Source of the DNA: Negaprion brevirostris
Lineage: Eukaryota
Direction: 5' to 3'
DNA: 64,000 nt
Assembly: GCA_030324005.1 (NCBI GenBank)
Contig: JARDVH010000106.1
Location: 70,387,282 to 70,451,281, forward strand
Made by a program: the position numbers and the translations under genes. The notes beneath the pieces are model-generated. The model worked only from the letters and a program-made list of their open reading frames with translations. It did not search any database and was not told the DNA's origin. Position 1 is the stretch's first letter; each line of letters opens with the position of its first letter. This document shows, piece by piece, positions 1-12,311 of this stretch.

Positions 1-76
1 ATGATCTTATTGAATGGCGGGGCAGGCTTGAAGGGCTAGATGGCCTACTCCTGCTCCTATTTCTTGTGTTCTTATG
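1..76 (+). mobile_element. CR1-type LINE 3' end
   Basis: ...GAATGGCGGGGCAGGCTTGAAGGGCTAGATGGCCTACTCCTGCTCCTATTTCTTGTGTTCTTATG; the reverse complement of the same tail occurs at 28875-28922. Confidence 0.7.
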
Positions 77-349
77 TAGGTAGAGCAGCAAAGAATTGAG
101 GGGGGGAATTTAACATTGAGAGTTTTGATACATTAATAACTATTTTAACTGACAGGTCAGTAATCAGAAGAGACCAATTTAAAAATAACTGACAAAAGAA
201 TCAGAGGGTAGAGGCTTTTTTAATACAACTTATAATCTGGAATGCACTAACGAGAAGCTTGATGGCAACAGACTTGATATTTGTGTTCATACATACCAAA
301 TAAAAGACTGTCTCTTACCTAGAAGGCCCTTGGATGCATGAAGATTTAT

Positions 350-625
350 TCATTCATTTTACAGGTTGAGTGCCGCTGGCTGGGCCTGTCCCTAACTGCC
401 CTCCATTCCAGAGGGCATGATAAACCACACTGTGGTGGATCTGGAGTCACATGAAGGCCAAACCAGGTAAGGTGGCAGATTTCCTTCCGTAAAGGATCAG
501 ATTAATTGACAATGATTTCATGATCATTAGACTTTCAATTCCAGATTTTTATTGAATTCAAATTTTACCTTCTTGGTCTCGATCTCTGGATTACTAGTAC
601 AATGACAATATGACTATATCAGTGC
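350..625 (-). mobile_element. tRNA-headed SINE with L2-like tail (degenerate)
   Basis: Reverse-complement similarity to the copies at 4185-4525 and 15945-16290 (GAAGGAAATCTGCC, GGCCTACATGTGACTCCAGA motifs). Confidence 0.6.
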
Positions 626-799
626 CTCTCTATGACAGATTTGACAGAAGCAAAGCTGTATGCATTACTGAAAATAGGATATAGAGGTTTAAAAAGAGAG
701 GTAATCGTAACAGCATGCAGAACAAAACACTTGACTAATATCCTGAACACTTCTCAGCGCTGTTGAAGTGATGTTGCAAACATTTGAAAGAACATAATT

Positions 800-2160
800 G
801 AAATTGAGTGAGAGTCTTTGCTAGAATGGAATCATTAAGGTGCAGAATCAGACCTTGCAGCTAGAGTCCATGCCAGCTCTCTGTACAGCAATCCGGACAG
901 TCCCATTCCCCAGATCTATATCCCTTGTCATTCAAGCTCATTTTCCAAGCCCATCCAATTTCCTTTGGAGATCACTGATAGTCTCAGTTTCCAGCACCCC
1001 CCTCATGGGGCAGCAAATTTCAGATATGATAATGCTATACCAATGACATATTTTATGTTTAACACTATGTTTATGTTTTAAGGTCGAGGTTTTCTTTTCT
1101 TAAAAAAAAAGCAGTTGGTATGTCTGGCAGGAATACAGCTCAGATGCTGGGAAAGCAGGAAAAACACTCACGTAGCGTTTCCTGAGGACAGGGCTAATGG
1201 ACTCTTGTTTACAAAAAAGGTCCCCTGAGATTTTTTTTAAATAAAGGAATGGAAGGCGGGTTTAGGTATACAGGGTCCTGTGATTAATGGGAGGAGCTAG
1301 GTTTGTAGCAGAGAAAACCATGCTTAGGTTCTGGCTGTGTTTTAAGACAAAAGTCTGCAAGCTATTCTGAAAATCAAAATCTCTCTGAAAGCTTCAAGGG
1401 TGTTAACTCAATTTATTGCCGGTATACCTGGGTTTGCTAACTATATTTAAAATGACATTTGAATCTGGAAAAGACTGTTGCTTGCATATTTGGAACTGAA
1501 ATAGTGATATCAGAAATTAGAGTTGTTTCCTTTCATTTCTTAAGCTACTGTTCAACTGTTAAAAATTAAGCTGCTTACTTTTGTTAGTGCTACACTTAAA
1601 TTGTAGTATGAACAAAGTTTTAATAAAATATCCTTAATTTGTCAGTGAAATTATTTCTGGAGCAAAGCATCCTAACCTCACATTTATACCGAAATAGGAA
1701 AATTGAAGGGGTCTAATCTGGCTTCATAACATAACTTGGAGTTGGGATGCAGAATCCTAACACAGGTCATTACCACTTGTGGCATAAAATAGTTTTACCT
1801 TACAGCATAATCTATGACCCATTCTTTGTACGATCAGCAAACGGGAACAACTTTTCTTTATCTCCCTCATATAACCTGCGATAACCTGGTACAGATCTTC
1901 CTCAATCTCCTTTGCTTCAAGGAGAACAACCTCCTGTTCTCCTTCCTATCTTTGGAATCATCTCCTTTGCACCTTCACAAGAACCCTCATTTTTCTCATC
2001 CAGAATTGGACTCAGTGCTCCAGTGTGACCTAACCAGACCTTTATACTGATTCAGTATAACATGCTTCCTTTTTGTATTCAATATATTGTCTATTTATGA
2101 AGCTCAAAATCCCATGTGCTTTGCTAACTATTCTTTCAATATGCTCTACCACCTTCAATG
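800..2160 (-). mobile_element. Degenerate CR1 LINE 3' region, interrupted by a solo LTR
   Basis: CR1-like antisense text at 820-1024 resumes at 1763 (CAGGTCATTACCAC...) and runs to about 2160. Confidence 0.55.
1025..1762 (+). mobile_element. Probable solo LTR (Gypsy-like)
   Basis: About 738-bp insert ending ...CCTAACA with an internal AATAAA at ~1622; flanked by a 4-bp near-TSD CAGA (1021-1024)/CAGG (1763-1766); splits a CR1 copy. Confidence 0.5.
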
Positions 2161-3523
2161 AATGTCTCACAGGAATATATTTTTCAACTTTTGGCAACAG
2201 ATTGCCTTTGTAAATTACTCAGAGAAAACTCCTCAAACTATTCACTATTAGCAAAAAGAACAAGCACAGAGGCTGTTCTAAAGATTTGGGAAGTGCAACC
2301 TCCAGCTAATGTCAAGGCCAGTAATGGAGTACATGCATGATCACAGAACAAGAGTCAACAGTTTTACTACATAAATGGCAACAAAATTAACCATAACGAT
2401 AGTAATCTCAACTACAGTCACAAAATCAAGGAGCAATCTAAGTCAGCAAAAAAAATCAAAAAAGGGCCTCAAACTAAATACGCTGACCACGACTGCATTG
2501 GTCAGAGGTTCCTAAATGCAAAAAGGTCAGGGACAATATCAGAATCAAGACCTTCAGTTTGACAAAGAGAATTAGGGCATGACACAGATGGAAGAATAAA
2601 AAGGTTGGGCATATTGCAACAAAACCTAAACGCTCATTTTTGCCAGAATACTGGGGCAGGGTCATTGCCAACAACAGTATCATCCCTAAACAATGAGTGC
2701 CAAAACACTAAAACATGAAGCAGCCCAGATGGCCCAGCTCAGACTGCTGAGCTAAGAGATTATCAAGTATTAAGGGCAAGAGATTTCAGCAACAGGCAAT
2801 AACGTCCTGATGAGCAACATGCATTACTATTCTTAGAAATGATCCACATCTCTGAACAAGAAACTGAAATGGGAATAGCTGTTCAAGTATAATTATATTT
2901 CTACTGAAAATTAAACAAAAATTGATTGAGAGAGAAAAAATGTTTGGTCCATCTTGAGGTTCAACTTTTCTCAGACAAGATTTGTATTTTTAATAAATAT
3001 TGTCCATCTTCACTGTTTTCTGTGTCTGATCAGTACCTATGAAAACATGCATTCACAATCTTATTGTTCCTCAGGAACTCTCTCTGGCTCCAACTGAAAC
3101 ACCACCCTTCAAGTTTTGGATATCTGAGATTTGCAATACTTCTCAAATCACTGTTTTTGCTACATCATAACAGCCATTCTCAAATGTCATGTGCATACTT
3201 GTGACCTCTCTTTATCAATGCACTTTCAAACCTTTTCCCTTCATTTCAGGTGCCAAGAATTGTAAGCTTCAACAACTTTTGCATACCAACATCCCTCAGA
3301 TCTTTCTTTTTCTTCACTTTCTTCTGACCCATTCCCTTCTTCCAATCTTAATCTTGCCATATTTTCACTACCCCCTCTGACCCGAACGATCAATCCTCAG
3401 CAAAGATGCACATCTTATTTTAGGTAGGTTCAGCCCTGCCCCCCCCCCCCCACTCTCCCTCCCCCCATCCTACCTCAACTCTTCTCTGTCCCTCTCATTC
3501 CTCTCTCTCTTTCCCGGGCACAG

Positions 3524-3684
3524 GTAAGGAGGAGATGATATTCTATGTCTCGGCCAGTTTTCCACAGGTGAACAACCCGACAATCTTTGTGCAACACATT
3601 CTGGCCAATGTGACAGGAACAGCCACTAACCTGACGGAGGAGGAATGCCGCAACGCAGACAAGCGGCCAGAGCAGGTTCGGGAT
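3524..3684 (+). CDS. NCSTN: Nicastrin, third-last coding exon
   Basis: Polypyrimidine tract + CAG acceptor (3521-3523), GTGAGT donor at 3685; (G)KEEMIFYVSASFPQVNNPTIFVQHILANVTGTATNLTEEECRNADKRPEQVRD aligns with human ...[37 protein letters not shown]...; alternative acceptor at 3567. Confidence 0.88.
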
Positions 3685-3762
3685 GTGAGTCTCCACCTTC
3701 AACACTTTTCTTGTTCCCTCGCTCTTTTATTTTCTCTCTCACTCTTGCTTCCTATTCCACAG

Positions 3763-3975
3763 CTCTACGAGTTTCTGTGGATCCAGGGATGGAAGCATGA
3801 AAATGCTACTGAGCCTGAGGCCTACTGCCTGCGGAGCCCTGTGTGGCTGGCCAAGGCTGTGTCACCAGCCTTCGAGCTCAAGGACTGGTCCTCGACTGAG
3901 TACTCAACCTGGACGGAGAGCCGGTGGAAGGGAATCAGTGCCCGCATCTTCCTGGTGGCCAGCAGGAAGCTGGAG
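3763..3975 (+). CDS. NCSTN: Nicastrin, penultimate coding exon
   Basis: TTCCACAG acceptor, GTGGGT donor at 3976; LYEFLWIQG...LAKAVSPAFELKDWSSTEYSTWTESRWKGISARIFLVASRKLE contains the nicastrin signature SPAFEL..WSSTEYSTWTESRW. Confidence 0.97.
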
Positions 3976-4184
3976 GTGGGTGTGGTGTGGAGTGAATCTC
4001 TGCCTTGGTCCCAGGCAGTGTAGCCTAACATCAAGGCTGCATAGTGAGGCCTTGTATCATGGTTTTAACCATCGAGTTACCCACTGGCAGTGTGGTCTGT
4101 TAACAAGGCTTTAATCAGGTTAGACCCCACACTGAGGCCCTCTGTCAAGATTCGGCCTCACGTTCAGCTGCATATGTGATGGTA

Positions 4185-4525
4185 GGGGGAGGCAACGGCC
4201 CAGTGGTATTATGGCTAGATTTATTAATCTTGGAACTCAGCTGATGTCTGGGGACCTACTGAATCCCGCCACAGCAGATGGTGGAATTTGAATTCAATTT
4301 TAAAAATCTGGAATTAAGAATCCACTGATGATTGCCAGAAAAACTTATCTGGCTCATTAATGTCCTTCAGTGAAGGAAATGTGCTGTTCTTACCTGATCT
4401 GGCCTACATGTGACTCCAGAGACACAGCAATGTGGTTGACTCTCAACTGCGATCGGGCAACTGGGGATGGGCAATAAATTCTGACCAACCAGCAATGCAC
4501 ATGTCCCACGACTGAATAAAAAAAA
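4185..4525 (+). mobile_element. tRNA-headed SINE with L2-like tail, in the NCSTN intron
   Basis: Head GGCCCAGTGGTATTATGGCTAG, body GGTGGAATTTGAATTCAA...GGCAATAAAT, tail GAATAAAAAAAA; same family as 15945-16290. Confidence 0.7.
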
Positions 4526-4563
4526 GAGGGCGTCTCTCTCTTTCTCTCTCTCGTTCTCCTCAG

Positions 4564-4640
4564 ATCATCACGCTGCTGACAGGGATCGGGGTCCTCTTGG
4601 TGTCGCTCATCCTCATCTACTTTGTCAACGCTAAGGCTAA
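4564..4640 (+). CDS. NCSTN: Nicastrin last exon (transmembrane helix), truncated by N-gap
   Basis: CTCCTCAG acceptor; IITLLTGIGVLLVSLILIYFVNAKA matches human [25 protein letters not shown]; the stop codon is lost in gap 4641-4740. Confidence 0.95.
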
Positions 4641-7600
4641 NNNNNNNNNNNNNNNNNNNNNNNNNNNNNNNNNNNNNNNNNNNNNNNNNNNNNNNNNNNN
4701 NNNNNNNNNNNNNNNNNNNNNNNNNNNNNNNNNNNNNNNNAGCTCTTCTTGCATCACTTCCCATCTTCACACCCTTTGGTCTTTCCCAAGCACAGCAGGC
4801 CTTTCTCCCAACTTCCGAATTCTCCCTCCACCTAGCCCCCTTTGGATCTTTTCATTGAAAATTGCTGGCATGACATTAGCTACCTCACTTTCTACATTTC
4901 CTCCACTCGCTTTAATCTGAACTTGCAACATTCCATTGTCTCGGGTCCGACATTAATATAATTGTTAAACCTGTTGATGAGAATGGTGTCTATTACTTAT
5001 TGAAAACCTCTCCTTGGACTCCACTCACTTCCTCCAAATAAGAGCTGTTGTTATTGGAATCCACAAGGGTCGAAGTGGCTGGTGATGGGCTATGGGTAAC
5101 ATTCTTTGTTCCAATCCTATTCAGGTCCTAGAAAATTTCAACAATTTTACTTCCAATTTCCACCCTTCCTGGCCTCCAAAGGGTCCGTTTCTGTCTCTTC
5201 CCTTCTTCAAATTCTCTGCCTCCATTCCTGGGGTAGGATTTTGACCAATATCCCACTGTAAGTCCAATGTCCCTCACTATGCCCTGAATATCTCCCTACC
5301 TCCTGTAGGAACTCCCAGTTTCTCTGTCACATCTTTCACCAGTGCTTCCAATATAGTCTCCTTTATTCTCAACTGAGAACTTCCTCCCTCTATCTTACAG
5401 GAACCAAGATTGTGTTTCAGTGCCCACACTTCTTCCCTTGGAACCACATTAGAGCCCCCACACTCCCCATCCTGTCTTCACCTCCCACTATAGCAACGTC
5501 CTCATTCAACAGACCATCCTCTGCCATTCCTGCCAAATCCTGAGTGATGCCATCACTTCACCTCCCAGGATGAAAAAAGAAGTTTCCACTACAACACACT
5601 GGTCTAATCCTCAATCAGCCCAACACTCATTCCTCTTACAACTACATCTTCCTATGCAAGCACAGGAAATGCAATATCTGTCTTTTTACCTGCTCCCTTC
5701 TTGTATCATGCAGCCAGGGTCCCAACCATTCCTCCTTCCATGTGAAGCAGCAATTGAATTGTACTTTTTTCAGTTTATAACACTAGTGTTTGCTGCTCAG
5801 AGAGCTGTCTCCTTTACACTGGGAATATCAAGCACAAGTTGCATGATTGCTCTCTGAAATACCTTCATTCAGTTGGCAATCATGGTCCCAAGCTTCCGTT
5901 CGCAGTCCTTTCAATTCTCTCCTTATTTAGGCCTCAGCCTCCTATACTGTTTGAAACTTGAAGCAGCTCAGGGAATATCATCGTCTTCTGATTAGGCAGT
6001 TTACAGCCTTCTGGAGTCGGACTTCAACAGCTTGAGGTAATATAATTTCTGCCCCCATTTTTCAGATGACAGTGTTTGATGATTCTGCATTTCCTATTTA
6101 CATCTCTCTAGATCCATCTTTCTTTCTTTGTCCCATTTCCCTTCACCTTGTGCCATTTCTTGCACCCAATGCACACCTTCTCTTTGTTCTCTCCAGAGCC
6201 CCAACCCCCTTGCCCTGTTTCAGTACTTGCTAATTACCTGTTATAATCTCAAACGTTTACCAGGTCTGAACAGACGATTGTGAAATGTTAATTGTTTCTC
6301 TCTCCACAGGTGCTGCTTGACATGAGTATTTCCAGCATTGTTTCTCTTCTCACAGATACTGTCTGACCTGAGTATTTCCAGCATTTTTAAATTACCGACA
6401 GATTTCAACAGTATAATCTACTGGTACACAAAGTCCTGCCTGCCAGAATGCAACAGAAAATTATTATCTCAACTAACATTCCCACTATGGTTAAATATTT
6501 GAGGAAATACTCTGCAAAATTTCACAACCAGATAAAGAAAATGTGACAGGTGATATACTTTACATTAATAAACTAAGTCAGTTATCACCAAATAGTCTAG
6601 GGCTGCAAACTGGAAGGGGAACACGCCTACAAGTAATGAGTAATGACAACAGAAGCTAAAAAGGGAATGAATATACAACTTGAAATTTGAAGTGTATGTT
6701 GGCATGCAAGATTTAGAAGCTTCAAGGCAAAAATAAAGTTAATGCAGCTGTTTAAAAGATGCAACTAAACACTGACTCGAGTAGATTGTATTCTGACAAC
6801 TAGAATCACTGATAATGGAAGCACCAAAGGTTAAGCTGAAAAGGGAGCATGAGTCGCAGCATGAAAATGTACATAAAGCAATGGATCACATGTTGTCTCA
6901 GGACAAAGGCCCAAGGATGGAAATGACCAAGATAACAACATACAAGATTTTATGTTGTTCTCATGCCAGACTTTGGATAGCCATCCAGGAGACAGAAAGA
7001 TTCAATTATGGAATTCAGGACTTGGCAAACAGTCCCAGAATTCACAAAATCATACAATGTAGAGAGTGGCCATTCAGTCCATTGTGCTGATGTTGCTCTT
7101 TAAAACAGCTATCCTATTGGCCCCTATCTTTTGCTTATTCTCTGTTGCCCTGTAAAGGTTTCCTTTTTAAGAACGCATCCATTTTCCTTTTGAAAGTTAC
7201 TACTGAATAGAGTCTGAAACAGATTTGGATAAAAGATCTCAAGTGGAAGTATACAGGAAGTCAGTCATGTACTAAGTGATTCAATTACTACATATGCACC
7301 TGTCACTTTAGTTCTGCAAAGGAACCAGAGCTGTTTTGTATTACGTAGGAAAATGGCATAAGGACTGTGGCCCAAGAGGGTGATAAAGAGGAGAAAGTAA
7401 ATTTTGCTTTCAGTTCTACATAACAGAAGTTTGGAAGTGCACAGGAATTTTTGGGATCAAAGTATTTAATTTTATACACCACAAAATATTGCAAAGATAG
7501 CACAAATGTCAAACAAATAGATTCTCCAATCCAATGGAATATGCTTGCTGGAATTGATGGTTAACATCAAAAGTGAAACCATTCACTGATTACTACTATG

Positions 7601-8361
7601 CAAATCCTGAATGGGTTATGAGGTACTTCAGTGGAGGGAGTTATTTTCATTTGTCTAAAGGGATACTAGAATGTGGAGGTTGCACCTCAAATATTTTCCT
7701 CATCGAGAGAAAAATGTTTTGCTTTGTACACAAAACAGTAACTTTAAAGATTTAACATGCCATGGCTGCTAGCAAGGGAAAGCCTGTTGAGATTGGAAAG
7801 ATTTGTTACCAGCTAGTCCTGCTTGAATGCCAACCATTGCACTGGGATGCTACTCAGCACAATCCCAACAGGTATTGAAGTTTATTATTGCATTAGAATA
7901 ACCATGCAGCACTCAGAGAAGCTGGCAAAAGGGGACACATTCCACATCACTCAAATGGGTGACCTTTCCTACCTGGGAACCAAATGTCATAGGGAATTCA
8001 TGTTTTTCAGGATGAAAATAGATAGCTGTTCTGTCATGCAAGTGGATTTTATTTTCATATACTTGATGTCTCCAAAATGTGTTTGGGACTTTTGAGGTTC
8101 CAATTTCATCAATTGGATTTCTTCCAGAGATATTATGCCACAGGCCAGAAGTCTGAACTGAGTAAACAGGCTGCCTCTTCACTGGATTAGTAATAGCCTT
8201 GATAGTCTTAAGGTTGGGTGTTATTAATAACCATCAGTCACCTTAAACAAATAGTTTAACAGTTCTCTCCCCAGTTCTAAAACTCTGTTGCTTTCCAATG
8301 CTCTGTCCCTCTTCTTCAGATGACCTATTCTCTCTTTACTCTATGTATGTGAAAAAGAAAA

Positions 8362-8725
8362 AGAAAGACTTGCATTTTTAAAAGCACTTGTCACGACCAC
8401 CAGATGTCTCAAAGCGCTTTACAACCAATGAAGTATTTTTGAATTGTAGTCACTGTTGTAATGTAGGAAACGCGACAGTCAACTTGCGCACAGCAAACTC
8501 CCACAAATAGCAATGATAGTGACCAGATAATCTGTTATTGTGATGTTGATTGAGACATAAATATTGGCCAGGACACAGGGGATAACAGTCCTGCTCTTCT
8601 TCGAAATAATGCAATGGGATCTTTTACATCCACCCAGGCAAACAGGAGGGTCTCAGGAAGATGATACTTCTGAAAGTGCAGCACTCCCTCAGCACTGCAG
8701 TGAAGAGCCAGCCTTGATTTTTGGG
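8362..8725 (-). mobile_element. DeuSINE-like (SacSINE1/AmnSINE-type) SINE
   Basis: Reverse complement reads ...TTTGTGGGAGTTTGCTGTGCGCAAGTTGACTGTCGCGTTTCCTACATTACAACAGTGACTACA...GTAAAGCGCTTTGAGAC, a Deu-domain-like core. Confidence 0.75.
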
Positions 8726-9289
8726 CTCATACCAGATATAAGTGAGCTCCATATTATGGAGCTTTATATTACATGAAGACATGACTCACCACTGCCATAT
8801 TATACAAACACCAACAGTTCCACCAAAAATATTGCAAGATAAATTTCTTTCCTATTTTCATGGTCTTCACTGCTGTACCAAAAAAATTACACATTCTGCT
8901 CTGATAACCCAGAACGCCTCAAACGCTCTTTCAAACTCTGCCCAAAATCTTATCCCAATCACAAACTGATAGAAATTAATCTGAACACAATTTGAAAAAG
9001 AAACAAGGAACACATCTCTCATCTCAACCCTGAACCTTCAAGAAAGTTTCCAACTAAATGAAACCGAAACTTGTCCTTTCTCTCTCACCTACAATAATAA
9101 GACTTAATGATGTAACAATCAGCTACACTTGACTTCATGGTCCCTGTTGTCACTATGCATTCATATTAAGTGATAAAACTCTCAAGACATTGCACTGCAA
9201 TGCTAATATACTTCAAGAATCTGAAATGATTAATTTAAATGATCCTATCAATACAATTCGGTGTTATACAATTAACACCCACAGTGGTT

Positions 9290-9775
9290 GATGGTGTCAT
9301 TGAGGAATCCTGGCAAAATTGAAGTCAATGGCAATCAAGGGGAAAATGCTCCACTAGTTGGAGCCATACTCAGCACAAAGGAAAATGGTTGGAGTTGTTG
9401 GGGGCCAATCAGCTCAGTCACAGGACATTACTGCAGGAGTCCCTCGGGGGATTGTCTGATGCCCAATCAATCTTAAACTGATTCATCAATGACCTTCCTT
9501 GAAGGTGATGATTATAAATTGCTCAGTTGCATTTGCAGCTCCTGAAAATAATTACATATTCCATACCATCATGCAGCATGACCTGGACAACATTTGGGCT
9601 TGAGTTGATGAGTGGCAAATAACAACCACACCACCACCACATATTTGCAGCAGTGTTTACCATCTACAAGATGCACTGCAGCAACTCACCCAGGCTTCTT
9701 CTGACAGCATCTGCACCATCCAGAAGCACAAGTGCAGCAAACATACCTTCAAGTTCCCCTCTAAGTCACACCAGC
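9290..9775 (+). mobile_element. Degenerate L2-like LINE fragment
   Basis: RT-like GGAGTCCCTCGGG and TTCATCAATGACCTTCC, then a 3' UTR (ACCATCTACAAGATGCACTGCAGCAACTCACC) shared in antisense with 48525-49200. Confidence 0.6.
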
Positions 9776-9814
9776 CTGATAAGGGAGGGTGGGGCTGCAA
9801 AAATGAGCAAGGAG

Positions 9815-9903
9815 GAACAAAGAACGACACACAGCACAGGAAACAGGCCCTTCGGCCCAACGAGCCCGCGCCGCCGTCCCATTGTCTCAGTGACCTATTC
9901 ATG
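9815..9903 (-). mobile_element. Young CR1-like 3' end running into N-gap
   Basis: ACAGCACAGGAAACAGGCCCTTCGGCCCAA motif shared with 12312 and 39705. Confidence 0.55.
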
Positions 9904-10320
9904 NNNNNNNNNNNNNNNNNNNNNNNNNNNNNNNNNNNNNNNNNNNNNNNNNNNNNNNNNNNNNNNNNNNNNNNNNNNNNNNNNNNNNNNNNNNNNNNNN
10001 NNNNNNNNNNNNNNNNNNNNNNNNNNNNNNNNNNNNNNNNNNNNNNNNNNNNNNNNNNNNNNNNNNNNNNNNNNNNNNNNNNNNNNNNNNNNNNNNNNNN
10101 NNNNNNNNNNNNNNNNNNNNNNNNNNNNNNNNNNNNNNNNNNNNNNNNNNNNNNNNNNNNNNNNNNNNNNNNNNNNNNNNNNNNNNNNNNNNNNNNNNNN
10201 NNNNNNNNNNNNNNNNNNNNNNNNNNNNNNNNNNNNNNNNNNNNNNNNNNNNNNNNNNNNNNNNNNNNNNNNNNNNNNNNATTAGGTTACATTTCAGCTT
10301 CATTTGAAGCAATTTTTAAA

Positions 10321-10518
10321 AGCGGCATCTCGGCCTTTTGGCTAAGATGCAAATGAGGTCAAGTCTTGGAGGTGGTGCAATGCCTACTCCAATCAGTTTG
10401 GACCATGTAGATCAAGACCAAGACACGCCCTATCTTGTCAGCTTGGATCAGGAATGTCTCAACTTGTTGAAACTCTGAATTGCACTGCATTTGATTGAAT
10501 TGGAATAAAAACAAAAAA
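10321..10518 (+). mobile_element. U2 snRNA 5'-fragment-headed element (SINE-like or chimeric retrocopy)
   Basis: 10328-10348 TCTCGGCCTTTTGGCTAAGAT is identical to U2 nt 7-27; followed by non-U2 sequence ending in TGAATT-like repeats and an A-rich tail. Confidence 0.6.
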
Positions 10519-12311
10519 CTGTATTCTCAATACATCTTATTTCCCTGAATTGGGTTTTTCAGTTGCATGCATGTTGATTTCATAAAGATAAAAATTTCCT
10601 TGAGTATATTACCACCATTAATCAAATTCACAAATATAGTTAGATAGCAGTAACCAGAAACTTTGATGCCCACTTTTACACTTCATCAATATGTACAACT
10701 CTGCTCTCCTTAGCAGATTCAGTTGTTGTAGTTCAAGCTTTTTACATTCAACATATTGTCAACAAGTAATCAAAATTTCCACATGCCTAGTGGCTTCAGA
10801 ACACAGACCCTGCCAAAAATTTGGTCACAGTTCCGAAACAGCATGCAATCCCAAATGCAAGCACTTTGTTGTCAACTATGTTCTTGTCTCATCCCAAATG
10901 GCTGAAAATTGACACTGCCTATAGTACTTGCAGGCAGGCAAAAACCTGTCTAAATTATTTCCTTGATGAAATAATTCATGGAAACAAAAGAAGATACTAT
11001 CCAGCACAGATGATTTACCCAACACACAAGAGTAGACTACTTTGAAGGAAGTTTGCAGTTCTTGCAGATCCAACAAATATGATCACAATATTAACATTTA
11101 AGTACCCTTTTTTTTCCAAAGATACGTTTAATTTAACTAATTCACAATCTCTCGGGGTCTGAACACAGACAAAGCAGTACACAAGCAGCTAATTTTTTTT
11201 TGCCCAATGAAGCACATAAGAGTCATCACATGTCAAGCGGTAGCACAACTTTAAAAGATATATACAGGTGGAGGAAAATTTTATTCTCATAACCACAGGC
11301 ATGACAAAAGTATCAAATCTAAGTTAATGAGCCATGAATTCTACTTGCAGCTACAAAATAATGTACTGGCTGATTCCACTCCTCAGTGGGCATTTTTAGA
11401 CTGTAGAACTCCCATTCTAACATGTGGCAGTTCCTTTGCTGACAAGTTTATAATATGGGATAGTTTAGGAACAAGTGTGTTCAGATTCTTTCACATTTGG
11501 GGACTACAATGATGCATTTGCAAGTGTTATTCCGGATTCAAACCTTGACCATTATCCAATAAAGGTTTGCACAATTCCAGTGGCTGACTCAAATTCCCAA
11601 TGTGTGGTTGGACTGAAAGGTCAGCCAAGCAGCTTGTGTTTCAAATCTTGCCCGCAGGTAATTTGATCAAAACACCCACTCAAAGCTAAGCTAAGTAATA
11701 CTTACAACAAGAACTACATCTTCATGACGAATCTAATCTTCAGGCCGTCAAACATTTATTTCTTTCAACTATTCTACAGCATTATCTCAGCAAATGCCAA
11801 TTCTCTGTGCCTTTTACAAGAGTTTCCTTTTGAAACGGATCCCGACTACAAGATGTGATCACCTGTCCATCAGCAGAAAGACACAATAAACAAGGGAGCT
11901 CAGGGGTTCCTCCTTAAGACTTCTTTCCATTTACAATACGTTCACTGTTGATTTCATTTCTTGGAAATGCCAAAGAGAGTTCCTTTGGAAAACAGCACAA
12001 TGGCAAGCTGCTCAGTCATGGAAGCTTTTTAGCCTCAAGTGTTTTGTAGGATCTCGATGCAGTTAGGACTGATGCAGATTGTTACAACAGAGAGGCAGGA
12101 TAACTCAATAATACAATGAAGGAGGTGGTCATTCATTTCAAAGTGCTTGCGCCTGCTCTTTGGAAGCAGTCCTATTCCACTGCTTTTTCTTTGCAGTCGT
12201 ACAAATCTTTCCCCTTCAAGTGCTTATCCACATTCCGCAAAGTTTTAATTGAATATATTTCCACTACCCTTTGAGGTGCCCTACTGCTACTGGAAACAGT
12301 TTTTCCTTATT

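Larger units (their letters stand above)
2990..6400 (+). mobile_element. Degenerate Penelope-like element (RT + GIY-YIG), interrupted by NCSTN exons
   Basis: Residual motifs: LSK (3396-3404), ELF (4741), IVKPVDENG resembling IKPADKGG (4961-4987), Cys linker CKHRKCNIC (5655-5681), LLYTG resembling the YIG motif (~5808-5823), repeated 3' TGAGTATTTCCAGCATT (6324-6390). Confidence 0.75.

Noticed and set aside
3535-4023. 162-aa ORF as a stand-alone gene
   Set aside because: It is two NCSTN exons read through an in-frame intron and into the next intron
10328-10348. Functional U2 snRNA gene
   Set aside because: Only stem-loop I matches; the branch-point pairing region GTAGTA, Sm site and 3' stems are absent
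9653-10356. Long ORFs spanning N-runs (also near 22911, 39577, 39964, 45864)
   Set aside because: Their length comes from X residues in assembly gaps
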